From the NCBI RefSeq assembly GCF_009914755.1, contig NC_060935.1: a stretch of 64,000 nucleotides of DNA; one strand, 5' to 3'. This document shows, piece after piece, positions 24,910 through 39,080 of the stretch. Both the position numbers and the translations under genes were made by a program. Origin of the DNA: the human T2T-CHM13v2.0 reference genome, Homo sapiens. The stretch's first letter is position 1. Each line of letters starts with the position of its first letter. The notes beneath the pieces are model-generated. The model made no database searches. It had not been told where the DNA came from and worked only from the letters and a program-made list of their open reading frames with translations.

Positions 24910-25050
24910 AAAGAGAAGCTTTGGATGTGAGTAGCTGTATCAACAATGAACTTGAAGATTTTACCCTTGGTCTTGGTCTCAGTTTTCTTCTGTGTAAAAT
25001 AAGATAGTAAAGTAGTTGATGATGTCCATGGGTCCTTTGGACTCTTCCAT
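24910..25050 (+). mobile_element. MIR fragment
   Basis: MIR core 'gtctcagttttcttctgtgtaaaataaga'. Confidence 0.5.
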
Positions 25051-26624
25051 TTTGTGATGCTATGGTTTTGTTTCTTGTCACTGAGCAAGAGGGTCAGTTT
25101 TGACAAATGTGGTGCTGCTTGGGAGCCTAGCCTGTCTTGGGTACCCAGTGTAACTTAAATTCTGAGTGCTTCCTGAGTGTGCATGGTTTTGATGTATGGA
25201 TTCTTTTCTCCTTAACTCAGCAGCACATTTAGTGACCGTGTTGGTGGCTAACCTGATTTAAAATGGGACAGTCCTTTTGAGCAAGCAGCATTAGGAATTT
25301 TAACTCATTTGGAAGAACAATCTTACTGGTTGTGGGTTTTTCAGCAAGTGGAGTATACAGCCTGGGAGAGTGTGTATCCTAATTGGGGCTCAGAAGATGC
25401 GTTGGATGCACTGTCCTGCAGCCACCCCCACCTCCAGGCAGCTGCCTTGGGGAGGAAACATCCCCCCTGAACTCCCTGTCTCTGGTCGACATGAGGAGCT
25501 TTGCTTCTACTGCTACCTTGGAAGGGAACCATGGTGGTTAATGGGACTATTGGTGGTGGAGACTGGACCCCTTAAGAGGAACTGCCCTGGTTGACTGGGA
25601 GCTGCCTCTGACCTGCCTGTGACTTGGAGGATGAGAGACAGTTGACTTGGGAGCCTCCCTGTTGAGGCCCCAGCCACTCGAGAACTGAATCATATGAGCA
25701 GTGTGGGGCCAGAGCTACTGTCCTGGGCTTTTGGCCTGTTCCCCATCTTACCATACATGAATTGGGACACAAACCAGACCAGGAGTCAGGGTTTCTTAAG
25801 GCCTTAAAGAGCATACTTTTTTTCTAAGGGTTCTGAAAATGAAAACATTTAAAGCATTTTTGAATTCCATGCAGTAAAATAAAAACGGTTTAGTCTTTTA
25901 GTGAAATACCGAGTGTTTTTTACTTGAAAGGGTTATGGTTATTCCAATATTTCAGAGCATTTGTAGAGTGCTTTGTGATGTCACTAATCCTGAGCCATTG
26001 GAGAAACAAGGTCAAGTGATTTATTTTGGTAATGAAATTTTGTTCGTGGTTGGCAGTAGGGCAAATGCAGTCTTATAAAGGAGAAAAAAGGACAACTCTA
26101 TGATGAGGTTTTTGGCCACCGGAGGAGGTGGCTTCATTCGCTTTCTGCTAACTTGGTCTTTGGGGAGCTGAGACTTTATGTGTTTGGGCTGTGTGTGGAT
26201 AGGTGGCTTCTGCTGTGGGCACCCTTATGTGTAGGCAGTCGTTTTTATGGATTACTAGAAGGGGTACGAGATGTCCTTTGACCTGGTTCCTAAGGGCATG
26301 TGTGCTCAGTCCCTGGGGCTCTCTCTTTCTCTGTGCTTGTCTTTTTCATTTTTTGTTTTTACACAGCTACGTGTGACTCTTTTCCTGGTAGATCATGGGA
26401 GAGGAGATAGATAGCAGGAGGACAAGATGAGAGGGAAGTTCTTGATCAACAAACTTATCCAGAATTGGATTTCAGAGGAGCAGGCTGTAGTTTAAAACAA
26501 AACAAAATAAATAGCAAACCACGGGAACACCTGAATTTGTTACTTTTGCAACTGAAAATCCCAGTCAGATAGACCCCATAATCAAATAGGGCAGGGACAG
26601 GAACTAACCTTCACTGGTTGCTTG

Positions 26625-26900
26625 CTGTAGAGGCAGAGAAGTATATAACACTTAACAGTCTGGACTCTATAAATAATATGAATCCTGGCCCTGCACTTCT
26701 AGATATCAGATTTTTATCGAGTTACCTTACTTCTCTGTCTCAATTTCCTCAACTGAAAAGGAGGATTAGATAGATCTTACTGTGTAGGATTATTAGAAGA
26801 ATTAAATGAACTAATTGTTATCTGGAACACCACCACCCCCTGCAATGTTTGAACTGTATCTAGCATATAGTGAGAGGTATGTAAGTGCTTATGAACTGAA
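26625..26900 (+). mobile_element. MIR
   Basis: 'gaatcctggccctgcactt', 'tctctgtctcaatttcctcaactgaaaa', 'gaattaaatga'. Confidence 0.7.
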
Positions 26901-26909
26901 AACAAAGAA

Positions 26910-27125
26910 GTGCTCTCTGCCAAGCACTATGCTAAAGGCTCCACATACAATTCTGTCTAATGCTCTTAACAATGCTTTGAAGCTGGTATTATCATCCTCA
27001 CTGTATAGACAGGAAGCTGAGTCTGAGAGGGGTAAAATGGCTTGCACATGGCCAATATAAATGGTATAGCTAGCAGGTTTCAAATTCAGGGCTGTCTGAC
27101 TCTACATCTTGGACTTTTCTACTGA
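26910..27125 (-). mobile_element. MIR (antisense, tail-to-tail with the previous MIR)
   Basis: 'tgccaagcactatgctaaa', 'acaggaagctgagtctgagaggggtaa', 'ttcaaattcagggctgtctgact'. Confidence 0.7.
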
Positions 27126-27159
27126 GCTTTTGTTCCTTCCTTGGTAGAGACCGTTATAC

Positions 27160-27280
27160 ATAAATCCAGTGAATCAGTATTGAGCCCCAGCGCAGCTGTA
27201 TTCCAGCCCTGTGCTAGGGGTTGTCAGGGATACTGTAGTGAACCAGACAGACATGGTCCCTGCCCTCATGGAGCTATCTC
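27160..27280 (-). mobile_element. L2 3' end fragment
   Basis: 'tattgagc...ccctgtgctagg...gtgaaccagacagacatggtccctgccctcatggagct'. Confidence 0.7.
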
Positions 27281-29019
27281 AAGTTCATTTGCAGGAAACT
27301 GACCTGAGGTCAGGACTGTGTGCCAAAGCTTTCTGAGAAGTTTGAGAGCCCTTTGAAGATGGTCACCTTCCACTTAGCCTTTTGAAGCCTATTCTTGGCT
27401 ACCAAGGTCGAGGGCACCTGGCCTGTTGCTGGCAGGAAGAAATCATCTCAAATAACATAGCGGAGAGGATCCCAGATCACAAGCCTGGCCTCGGTAGTGG
27501 CCAGGAGGATGTCTGGAAGATTCTAGTGCCCTAGGATCCTATAAGCAGTCTGGGCAGAGCTGTTGCTTCCAGACATCTTCCTGGCCACTATTGACTTTCT
27601 CCTTTTGCAAGCAGATGTCTTCAGGATCCTTGCTTAGGTCAGCTCCAAGGAAGGACCCTTTCTTACTGGGATACCAGGACTACTGGTCAGCCCCAGAGAC
27701 CTGAATTGTGAGGACCAGCGAAGATGAGGGGGAGGGTGTCTCTAGTCAGTCCTCCCCCGCTGCTGACCTGTGCCCTGCCCACCAGGACAGCATAGGACTT
27801 AGGATTGCATCTTTCTTTACTTCGTAGGAGCAGAAGTCAGAAGAGGAAAGAGGGCTTTTTAAATGAGGTAGTGGCAGAACTGACAAGGGGGTATCAGAAT
27901 GAGAGTGCACACAAGTAAGTGGGAGTATGTATTGATTAGTCAGTACAGCAAAGAGACTGAAACCTGTGGTCGCTACACTCCTCTGGATGCAGAGGACTGG
28001 TCAAAAAATTGCAGAATCATCCTTTTATAAGATAGTATGTTCTCATAACAGCTCTTTGAGGATCAGGGAGGTAGGCTTTGTCAGTGGAGGCCCCAGAGCC
28101 CTGGTGTGGAAATGGCCATAGACTCCCAGCCCTGGAGGGTCTCCAGGCCTTGGCAAAGTGTTCTTCTCGGAGCTCCATATGAACATCATGTGGCATCTTT
28201 GATTTCCTCTTTCGGACCTCTGATTCAGGGTGTTATTTCAAGTTAATTGGTTAGAAGCGTGAAACAAACAGCTATGTGGTAGAACAGGCTAGAAGCTCCC
28301 AAAGCCGGGACCCCACCGATCACAGGATGTATTTCAAGGCCTGGAATATAGAAGGTGTCAGTAATGTTTGCTGAATAAATGCTTATGGGAGATGAATTAT
28401 GGTTCAAACAGAGAACGTAGGTGATTAAGCCTGTAAGCCCTGAGGGCCTCTCCTGTGGGAGGAAGTGGCTAGAAAAAAAGAAGGAAAAAAAGAGGAAGAT
28501 GTTTATTTAATGATCTTAGATTGAGAAAGAAGAAGCCCTATTTTTTATGTTGGCAAATGTTAGTTGAAGAGATAGAAAAGATTTCTGCACAAAATATGGA
28601 CAATAGCAGAGCAAGGGTTAATTCTGGAATGCTCAGAACAGATGAGTAATGGGGAATTTTTGAAATAGTTTGGTTCCTGTGAGAATAGCAGGGCCAGCGT
28701 CATCAGCATTTTGATTGGGAAGCTTAATGTGTGGGGGGTATGCAAAAGTGTATGCACAAGGTGTGAGCTCATGTGCAATCCGGGTACAAAGTAGCTAATT
28801 AAAGATGGCTCAAGAATTGGTCATAAGGGAGGTAGAAGGAAAAGAACATGAAAGTATTACCAAGTTATGCTTTCCAACAGCTTTTCTGTGGCAGTGGATG
28901 AGCCCTGGGATTCAGGAAGATGTGGATTCATAAATCATTTATTGAGGGCCTGCACTGTGCTTTGAATGTGATGGGGACAACAGACATAAAATAACTTAAA
29001 AAGCTGACCTGTGTGAGCA

Positions 29020-29235
29020 GTTAACATACCAGGCACTTTCCCATTGCTATAGGATGTGCGATCTTGATTATTCCTCAAAAACAACCCAATAATATAGGTA
29101 CTGTAATTATGCCCATTTTGCTGCTGAGGAAAGTGAGGTCCAGCAAGGTCAAGTTATTTGCTTGAGGTCACATAGTAAATAAGCTGTGGAGCTGACATTT
29201 ACAACCAAGCCAGTCAATACAAATGACTCCAATAT
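29020..29235 (-). mobile_element. MIR
   Basis: 'cccattttgctgctgaggaaagtgagg...gttatttgcttgaggtcacatag'. Confidence 0.7.
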
Positions 29236-29404
29236 TGATATGGAAGGAAGTATATTCTGTACTAGAGATATACCTGGTTTAGTAGTGGAGCAGCACAAAG
29301 TGTGATCATTTATGATTGGGGAATTGACTTGTATATGTTTGAGAATGAAAGAGAGCATGAGACAGACAGACTTAGCTAACTTTGAACTTTGGGAAAAAGA
29401 TCAT

Positions 29405-29545
29405 GTAGCGGTTTTTAAACTTATTTTGGATTATAGATTATTTTGGATTTCCACCCCTTGGAGAATCTGTGGAAAGCTATGGACCCTTTCCCCCAGAAAA
29501 ATCACATATTTGTATGTAGTTTTAGGACTGTTGCATGTAACTTCA
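29405..29545. mobile_element. Probable hAT-Charlie-type DNA transposon relic
   Basis: 'ccccttggagaatctgtggaaagctatggaccctttccccagaaaaat' resembles a common MER-family core. Subfamily uncertain. Confidence 0.45.
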
Positions 29546-29554
29546 GGCAAGTTC

Positions 29555-30260
29555 TGGAGCACAGGTTCAGACTTGCCCCATTGGGGAAAAGGAGAAGGGA
29601 AGGGCATTCTGGCTGAAGGAACATGTGATAAAGGCATGGAGGCCTGGAAGGGCACAGCCCTGATGTGCTTAGAAATGAAAATATCTCCTGGGGGAGGGGT
29701 ACAGGAGCCAGCATTGTGTCGTTGCGGGTCCGAGTGCCATGCCAAGGTGCCTGGCACTCATCCTGGGGGCAGACGGAAGCCATTACATTTTTTTCAGGAG
29801 AGATGACATGTCTCAGCCTGTGTTTGACAAAACTAGATCTGAAGGCGTGAAGACAAGTTAGATGGCTGTTACAGTAGTCCGGTAGGAGAGCCTGAGGCCT
29901 GCACTAGGATGCAGGCGGTGCTGGTAGGAGGAGGGAGTTTCAGAGATAAAACCAACAGAATTGGCTGATGGGATGAGATTTGTGAAAAAGAAGGAGTTTG
30001 ATTTCAGGTTCCACTTCTGGCTCATTGGGAGGATGGTGGTACTGTTAAGCGAGATGGGGAGTGGAGGCAGGAGAAGCAGGTTTGTAGAGAAGAGAGGAAT
30101 GAGGAGTTAAGTTTTGTCATATGCTTGATGTACTGGATGACCATCCAGATGGAGATGACCTGTAAGGAGTTGGAAATTCCTGCCTAGAGCTCAGTCAGAT
30201 TGAAGTTGCAGGGGTAGTTTGGAGCCTCATCATCAGAGAAGTGATCTGATAATGGCCTGT
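29555..30260 (-). mobile_element. L2 fragment
   Basis: Purine-rich L2 antisense motifs 'gggcattctggctgaaggaaca', 'ggatggtggtactgtt', 'catccagatggagatg'. Confidence 0.6.
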
Positions 30261-30371
30261 GATGCCCAGGCTCACAATTTATCAAGGGCAAAACTGGCAT
30301 GGATATTAAATGGAATGTCTGTAGCACTGGGAGAGTAAAGTGATTGCCTTTTTCAGAAAAGGGAAGACAGA

Positions 30372-30530
30372 TTAGTGGTTCCCAAGGCTCACTATCAACA
30401 GAAACACTCAAAGAGCTTAAAAGACAAAACAACTACTGACTAAGAATATCTGGGAGTATGGCCTGGGAAACTGTATTTCTAAATGCTCCCTGAGTCATTT
30501 GGGTGATCAGCCAGGTTTGAGAGCTGCTGG
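30372..30530. mobile_element. MER5-like DNA transposon relic
   Basis: 'tagtggttcccaa...gcctgggaaactgtatttctaaatgctccc...cagccaggtttgagagctgctg'. Confidence 0.55.
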
Positions 30531-31104
30531 GCTAGCTGCAGTCTGGGTCCAAGAAGACAGGACCACATTTTTAGAGTGATAAACAAGTGAGCAGAGAATG
30601 AGGCTAACATTTGAAGCAGTCTTTATGAGGTTTTGGTGCAGGAAATGAATGACGCTAGTTTCATTCTTCAGTTTATGTTCACTTTCTACCTAGAGGGAAC
30701 ATTACCATGACCAGGTCTTCAGAGAGTTTGACCATGCATGGAAGGAGACACGGTATCCTGAAGGGCAGAACAAATTAAGAGAAGACTTTTTCTAGGACAG
30801 GGGAGACACTTGGCCATTTGGTTAGTTGGGGAAAAGAATTTATGAGTTGAGGATGTATTTGATGGAGCAAAACCCAGAAGAGACTTTAAAGGGAAAGGAG
30901 CCTCTTTTCCTCTGATGCAGAATGGAGGAGGATGGGGGGAGGGCCGAGAGGGGGCCTCATTGCTTCTCTCAAATGAAGGTTATTGTGGGCTTTTGAAAAG
31001 TAGAGCAAGCTTAGTACAGATGTACAGTATAGATGTTATCATTGACAGACAGGGATGATTAAAAGAACTACTCAGCAGTGAGTATTAGCAGAGAGTATTA
31101 CTTT

Positions 31105-32445
31105 CTTTTTTATTTGAAATTTTTGTTGAGATACTGTAGATTCACATGCAATGGTAAGAAATAATACCCAAAGGGATCCTTTATGCATGTTGCCCATTTC
31201 CCCCCAATATGGTTACATTTTGCAAAACTGGAGTGTAATATTGCAACAAGCGGGATATTGGCATCCACACAACCCAGTGATACGACTCAGATTTTCCCAG
31301 TTTTACTTGAACTCGTTTGTGTGTGCGTACTAAGTTGTGTACACTACTTGTTGTGTGTTAGTCTTGTGCAGGTTCATGTCTCCACCGCCACAATCAGAAT
31401 ACAGAACAGCTCCAACACCACAGGAACCCGGGTTGCCCTTCTCCCTAACTGCTGGCAACCACCGATCTGTCCTCTGTTTCTAAAATTTTGTCATTTCAAA
31501 CATGTTATATAAATGGAATCAGACTACATGAACCTTTTGGGATTGGCTTTTTTTCAACTCAGCTTAATTCCCGGGAGATTCATCCAGGTTGTGTGTATCA
31601 AGTTTGTTCCTTTTTATCATTGAGTAGTATTCTGTGGTGTGTATGTACCACAGTTTGTTTAACCATTCTGCTGTTCAAGGGCATCTGGGCTGATTCCAGT
31701 GTTCAGGCATTTCAAATCCACTGTGAACATACACGTATAGGTCTTTGTATGAAACTAAGTATTCACTTACATGGGATAAATGCCCACGAGTGTCATTTGC
31801 TGGCTCATATGGTATTTGTACATTCAGTATTTTTTTCTTTTAAACTGCCCAAGTGTTTTCCAGAGTAGTTGTACCACTTTACATTCTCACCTGCAGTCTA
31901 GTTTCTCTGCATCCTCACCAGCATTTGGTGTCATCACCATTGTTTATTTTCATTGTGATAGGTGTGTAATTGATACCTCATGTGGTTTTAATTTGCATTT
32001 CCTTAAAGACTAACGATGTTGAACATCTTTTCATGTGCTTATTTGCCATCTGTATATCCTCTTCAGTGAAATGTCTGTTCATGTCTTTTGTTCGTTTTCT
32101 AATTGGAGGGTTTATGTTGTTACTGTTGTGTTTTTGGAATTCTTTTTTCTAGATACAACTCCCTTTTTTGGATATGTGGTTTGCAAAGATTTTCTCCTTA
32201 TCTGTAGCTTATCTTTTCATCTTTTCTCATGGGCAAAGCAAAAGAACTTTTAGCAGAGCAAAACTTTTAACAGCGAAAGTTTTAATTTTGATGAGGTCTT
32301 ATTTATTAGTTTTTCCTTTTGTGAGTCATGCTTTTGGTGTTGAGTCTGAGAACTCATTGCCTAGCCCAAGGTCCTGAAAATTTTCTCCTGTGTCTTGTTC
32401 TAAGAGTTTATAGTTGTATGTTTTAAATGTAGGTCTGTGATGCAT
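31105..32445 (-). mobile_element. L1MC/L1MD-like 3' portion
   Basis: 'gtagattcacatgca..gtaagaaataatac', 'catgttatataaatggaatca', 'tgtggttttaatttgcatttcc', 'gttgaacatcttttcatgtgcttatttgccatctgtatatc'. Confidence 0.9.
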
Positions 32446-32479
32446 ATTACTTGTGAGGGAACCCATTGTCATGATTCTG

Positions 32480-33010
32480 TGATTTTCTTTACAAGAAGGT
32501 TATTGGGTTTATTCATATTTTGACAGTTGTTATGGCTTGGTCGTAGGAGTCTAAGTTGGGAAAGTGACAGGGTGAAGCTGGAGGGGCTGGTAGGCCATGA
32601 GGCATGCTGTTTAGAGGCTCTGGTGCATGTAGGAGAGGAGGCAGGACAGGAGGCTCTGGTCATGCATGGGAGAGGCAGCACTGAGATTAGAGATGGAAAG
32701 ATTTCAGGGGATGAGTTTCGAGGTGTGGCCACAAATACGGTCAACTGATGTGAATGTGGGCGATGGACATGGGAGATGAGGAAGCAAGGCACTGTGAAGC
32801 TCATCCACAGTGACTTGATTAATCACTTAGATGCTGAACTTCACAGTGGTAAAGTGTGCATTTTTAAAGAAGGTACCGAAGTAAACCAGGTGCTGAGGGA
32901 TTTCTTTGAGGAGTACATGGCCCCATGGATATGCATGGAAAGATGTTGATAGAGTGTAAGTGGTGTCTAAAAGCAGAGAGCAGAACAGTGGGACAGGAGG
33001 TATATCAAGG
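32480..33010 (-). mobile_element. Diverged L2 fragment
   Basis: Purine-rich stretch with L2-like motifs. Boundaries uncertain. Confidence 0.35.
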
Positions 33011-33265
33011 TCAGAAGAAAATGCCAACATTTCTACCTTCCTCTTCCCAAATTCTTCAGTTGGTCCAAAACTATACCTGTTTGTGATGTATAGTTATAGT
33101 TACATGGGCCAGCCATACAAGCTCTTTGAGCCTTGTTGCCATCACCAGTAGAATGGGGCTGGTAAGTCAGCATGTTTCTTTCTACCTCTCAGCAATGTTG
33201 AGAGAAAATGTAATTATGTATGAAGAAGTTCTTTGAATTCTTAAAATTAATGGTTTAATTAATTT

Positions 33266-33530
33266 AAACAGAAAACCAAATATCGCATGTTCTCACTTGT
33301 AAGAGAGAGCTAAATAAGGAGAACACATGGACACCGACACATAGATGAGAGCAATAGACACGGGGCCTGATGGAGGGTAGGAGGAGGGAGAGGATTGGGA
33401 AAAATAACGAATGGGTACCAGGCTTAATACCTGGGCAACAAAATAATCTGTACAACAAACTCCCATCACACGACTTTACCCATATAACAAACCTGCACAT
33501 GTACCCCTGAACTTAAAAGTCAAAAAAAAG
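33266..33530 (+). mobile_element. L1PA (older primate) 3' end
   Basis: 'aacagaaaaccaaatatcgcatgttctcactt...gaacacatggacac...aacaaacctgcacatgtacccctgaacttaaaa' plus A tail. Confidence 0.92.
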
Positions 33531-35251
33531 GAAGTTATATCATATTTTAAAAAAGTAATGCTTTTAGAAGTTAAGCCTGTTCAGGACTTGTTGGAAAAGT
33601 AGGAAAGAACACTATGGAACCATCAAACAGAGTTAAGCATCCCTAGTTCAGTTAGAGGGCTGTGTGGTTAAGGGAGAAATTGAGCTGAGCCCTCCTTTCT
33701 TAGGGTTTCTGTCAAAGAACAGGGGGACGGGGAGCTCCAGGGCAGACTTTTAGAGATCAGAGCCACAAATGATGGAAGGGACTGTTGCTGGGCAGAGGTT
33801 CATCAGGCCTCCCTCACAGTGGCCCTCCGCAGCATCAGAGGGAAGTAGAGAGTGGGTGGACATTTGTGTTCTTAGCAGCACAGGCCTGGATTCAACGATG
33901 TTTCTCTGTTCTCATCCCCACCGGACCCCCACCTCTAGAGCTTCAGTTCCTCACTCATCTGCTGCTGTGGCCTTCCATTTTACGTGAAAGCGTGTCTCTG
34001 ATTTATTATTGTTGTTATGTATTTTATCCCGTTCCAGTGATAGTATGTGTTTAAAGTGGTCTTTTTAAAATAAATGATCATTATTGATGGTAGTGTTCTG
34101 TTGGTCTCTCACTAAAGGTGCTATTTTAGAGACTGTTCAACTTGATAAATCTAAATATAGAAGTGTGTTCGTTGGGAGGATCCTAGAAAAAAATCTGGAG
34201 GAATTTACAGTCTACTAATAGTGGTTGCCACAGGGAGATGGGATTATAGGAGACTCGGTTTCTATTATGTTTCTGTATTAATGGGATTTTTTCAATCGCA
34301 AACATATGTTACTTTTGGAATCAGAAGAAAAAAGATAATTGTGTCAAGTTTATTTTTTCCTCTGGTTCTGAGTAAAGGATATTCATTAAAGAAAAATGTG
34401 GAAAATAGCAAGAGTTAGAAAGCAAACCATATTGCCTGGGTCCACTGTGGTGTGGTGTTTACTGGCGGCGGGGGGTTCACCCGGGGAAGTTACGGCAGGG
34501 TCACAGTGGGCAGGGAGGGGTGCAGGGGTGTTTGGAGAGCATCTCTCCCTTCCACTTGTGGGTGGCTGAGGTATCAAGCTCAGGGGACAGGTGGTCAGAG
34601 AGTGGCAGTGCTAGGGCGGGGGAGGAGAACAGGGCATTCTTATTATAGGTTTTAGGACATTGGTCCGGGACTTCAACAGGTGCCCTGGCCACTTGAGTGT
34701 GTCAGTCAGCTGGCCCAGCTCAGAGACGCATAATTCCAACATTCATGTATTATGGTAAGATGGTGATGGGAGAGAGAAAGGAAGACGTCCACATCCATTC
34801 CTTGAATGTGCATAGGCTCACACCGCAAATAGAATGAACGGGATCCACATCTCTGCTGAGTATTTTTCGTTCAGCTTGTACATGAGAGTAGACGTGGTTT
34901 ATTCCTAGAGGGTTGGGGGCTTCTCTCTGCCAGTAATGTTTTTGATGGCCATGTTATCCTTTGTAATAGATTCCTGGCAAGTAATCTTGTATTTGTGCTG
35001 CCTTTGGACAGAGGTGGGTAGATTTTAGAGAACAAAAACACTGGGTACTTTACAGTGTGCTACAGATTCTCATTTAATTATAATTTTTAATTATAATAAA
35101 ATAAACTTGCAATCCGAATGTGTTTGATCGGCTTGATAGTGACCTGCTATGCATACCCTGCAGATAATTCTGTCTGCCTACCTTCCCTTTCCTCATGTTT
35201 CAGTTCTAGCTAAATAATAAAATCAAATTTGTTCTTCAAAGCCCATTTGGA

Positions 35252-35253
<2 letters not shown>

Positions 35254-35291
<38 letters not shown>

Positions 35292-35303
35292 CATTATTAT
35301 TAT
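35254..35303. repeat. (TAT)n microsatellite derived from an Alu tail
   Basis: About 16 ATT units with one ATC interruption. Confidence 0.92.
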
Positions 35304-35583
35304 TTTTGAGATGGAGTTTTGCTTTTGTTGCCCAGGCTGGAGTGCAATGGCACCATCTCACTGCAACCTCCACCTCCCGGGTTCAAGTGATTCTCCTGCC
35401 TCAGCCTCCGCAGTGGCTGGGATTACAGGCATGCACCACCATGCTCGGCTAATTTTGTATTTTAGTAGAGATGGGGTTTCACTGTGTTGGCCAGGCTGGT
35501 CTCTAACTCCCGACCTCAGGTGATCCTCCTGCCTTGGACTCCCAAAGTGCTAGGATTACAGGCGTGAACCACCGCACCCAGCC
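35256..35583 (-). mobile_element. Alu (AluSq/Sp-like)
   Basis: Reverse Alu with 'ttttgcttttgttgcccagg', 'tgcaatggc', ending 'cgcacccagcc'. Confidence 0.95.
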
Positions 35584-36499
35584 TTATTTTTTTTTAAAGT
35601 TTGTTCTTGTGTCAATGTACTCTCCTCTCCCTCTTAGCCTTTTAGAACACAGTCTTAAAGGTGTGATAGCGAAACCTGCTGCCCAGGATGTTTAATTTGT
35701 TTAAAAAATTTTTTCTTTATTGCATTGTAGTCCCCCCGCCTTTGGGGGAAATATTTGTCACCCCAAAGTTTTACAGCTTCTGGGGTAATATTTAACATAT
35801 GTTAATAAGCTGAGTTTTTTTGGCCATTTACAAAGGTCCCAATTGCTCACTGTATGCCTACCCTCTTCCCTGGGTCTGCCTCTGTGCTCTGTGACTTGCC
35901 CGATATTTTGTTGAGACGGGCTTTGGCAACTGTCTCTTAGATGAATGGTTCTATTACAAACACAGTAGCTTCCATGACCGCTTAGAAGAGATTGTTGTTT
36001 ATGACAGCTTTTATTGAGAGAGGTTTGGTGCATGATAATGTCCTGATAAGGACATTTGTACCTATAAAGTAGCCACAGCCTTAAACATATTTGATTGTCA
36101 GTAAAATATTGGGGATGATGACATGCCAGATGTGAGGTATCGGATTGCATGTTTATTCAACTGTTACTGCAATCTCTGTACTAAGATGTGCCCTTGTATT
36201 TTCTGTCTCACAGCAACACACAAAATGCAATGGTGATATGATCCTGATTATGAAAGATGCTATTTAGGTTACTTGGATTGTAAACCATGTGTATTAGGAA
36301 GCATTCTCTCAGTCCCCATATGTCCTTAGACAGCAACCACAAACAGTTGTTAGGTGAAGGGAATTGTCAAGTGGGTTGAACATACGCATTGTGATAGGGA
36401 CCTTTTGAAATGTATGAATCTTAGTAAGGCCTGGACTGACCAGGGCAGGTGATGTGACAGTCAAAATAATAATAATGAATATTTGTTCTTGCAATGAAT

Positions 36500-36670
36500 T
36501 TTTGCAATAATGAATATTTATGCTTGCAATGTGCCAGGTACTGTTCTGAACACTTAGCATTAACCCATTTAAACCTTCTAACAAGTCTTATGAATAGCTA
36601 CTATTATCTTACATTACAGATGAGGAAACCATGGCCTAGAGAGGTTTAGTAAGTTGCCCTGGGTCAGATT
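36500..36670 (-). mobile_element. MIR
   Basis: 'tgtgccaggtactgttctgaacactt', 'ttacagatgaggaaacc...gagaggtttagtaagttgccc'. Confidence 0.78.
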
Positions 36671-37864
36671 CTCATTTGATTGTAATCGTTGATTATATTT
36701 AATCATGAAAGTAGTGGTTAAGAGCTCAGGCTCTGGGGTTCCTATCCTGGCTCCAGTCCTGGATGTTCTTACTGCTGCCTGGCTAGGGTGGAAGAGAGTT
36801 TTGGTTCCAGGTAAACAATAGAAAAGAAAGAATGGGCTTTCCTGGTGTCTGGGATACCGTTCATCCTGTTTTTTGCTTTGTAAACTCCTACTGGTCGTTA
36901 AAAAACACTCCATCCTCTCTGAAGCCTTCCTTAATCTCCACAGGCAGAGCTAATTTTTCCCTCTCTTATGTTTCCAAAGCACATGACTTTTAACTGTCCA
37001 TTAAAGGCCTCATCAGACTCTTTTTTTTTTTTTTTTTTTTTAAACTGTAGTAAGCACTGTCAGGCTCTGTTTCTGTGGGTCTGTACCCACTGAGAACTCT
37101 TCAAGGGCCAGTGCTGCTCAGCCTCCAGTATGGTCCCTGGCACACATTAGGCCCCCAAAAAATGTTTGAATTAGTGAAAGTTGTTGGTAATAAAATTCCA
37201 TCTTGTGCCTCTCAAGAGTTTTCTTTCCTACATTCTTGGCATTTTTATGACATTTACAACATTTTAATGAAACAACAAGGGCAAGAATTTTGATTTCATA
37301 AATAAGAAACTGAAGCACAGAGACCAGGATGTTTTCTGTTAGATTGTTTTATCTTGAGAAACCACCTGGTGAAACAAAACTTAGGAGAATTAAGTCATTT
37401 GCAAGACCCCACTCCCCTGTTTACACTTTTCCATCATAACCATATTGATCTTACACCTGAGATGTTGTGAACTAGAGTAATTTGTTCACAGTAGTAAAGC
37501 ATAATCCTAGAAAAGTTAGTCTTTGACCATTTCTTTTCCCTGGTGTATACTGGACATAATATGTTTGTAAGCTTATTTGAGATGTTTCTAAGTGGTAGGG
37601 GTGTGTGTGTGTGTAAATGTTACTTTTTTCAGATCGACTGTGGGTTTAGTTTTAGTTGTCTGAAAATCACTTCCACCACTGATTATTCTAAGATGACATT
37701 GTTGATCTTGAATGATACAGTTACCGGGAGCAATGAACTAAGTAAACTCTCACTGTAGAGTTCAGAAGGGTGTTGAGTTAGGGTGAGTTTCCAGGATACA
37801 AAATCTGGTTAGCTCATTGGCTGATTTATAAGGGGCTTATTAGCCTATGGGAGTAAGTTCTTCA

Positions 37865-38075
37865 TTGGTGGTGGTAAAGGGCACAGGGTTGGGAATAAGG
37901 GTTGTTGGGGTTTAAATCCTGGCTTTGCCACTTCACTGGCTGTGTAACCATGACTAATATTGCTAAACCTCCATATCCTCATCTGGTCAATGGGACCAAT
38001 ATTGGCACCCCATCTCACAACTTCAGTGTGAAGATTAAATTAGATAATACATTAAAATACTTAGAATACCCAGTT
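37865..38075 (+). mobile_element. MIR (tail appears displaced to about 41150-41200 by the L1)
   Basis: 'gggtttaaatcctggctttgccact', 'tgtgaagattaaattagataatac'. Confidence 0.7.
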
Positions 38076-38733
38076 CATTCTTTGAGAGCACTATTACCCT
38101 GACAGCTAAATCAGACAAAGATATCATGAGAAAATAACTAATATCCCTTATGAATATAGATATAAAACTCCTCCACAAAATATGAACCCATTCAGCAACA
38201 TATAAAAAGGTTAATATACAGTGACCAAGTGGGATTTATCCCAGGAATGCAAGGTCAGTTTAACATCTGAAAATCAATTAACGTAACACACCATATCAAT
38301 AGAGTGAAGAAAAAACCACATTTTTATCTCAACAGATACAGAAAAAGGATTTCACAAAATCCTTCATGATGTAAATAATCAGCAAACTAGGATTAGAAGA
38401 GAGCCTCTCACCTGCTAAAGGGCATCTGTGAAAAATCTAAGCAAATGTATGTAATAGTAAAAGACTGAATGCTTTCCTTCTAAGATCAGGAGCGAGACAA
38501 GGATGTCTGCTTTTACTCCTTCCCTTCAATATTATACTGGAGTAAGAGCAATTGTACAAGGAAATGAAATAAAAATTACTCAGATTGGGAAGGGAGAAGT
38601 CAAACTATACTGTCTCTATTTGATCTTGTATGTAGCTAAAAAAGTAAAACAACACTATTAAAGTTCATAAACAATTGTAGCAAGGTTTCTGGATACAAGA
38701 TAAATACATAAAAATATAAAACTCAATTGTAAA

Positions 38734-39080
<347 letters not shown>

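Noticed and set aside
29312-29806. 164-aa ORF
   Set aside because: Overlaps DNA-transposon and L2 relics. No protein family resemblance.
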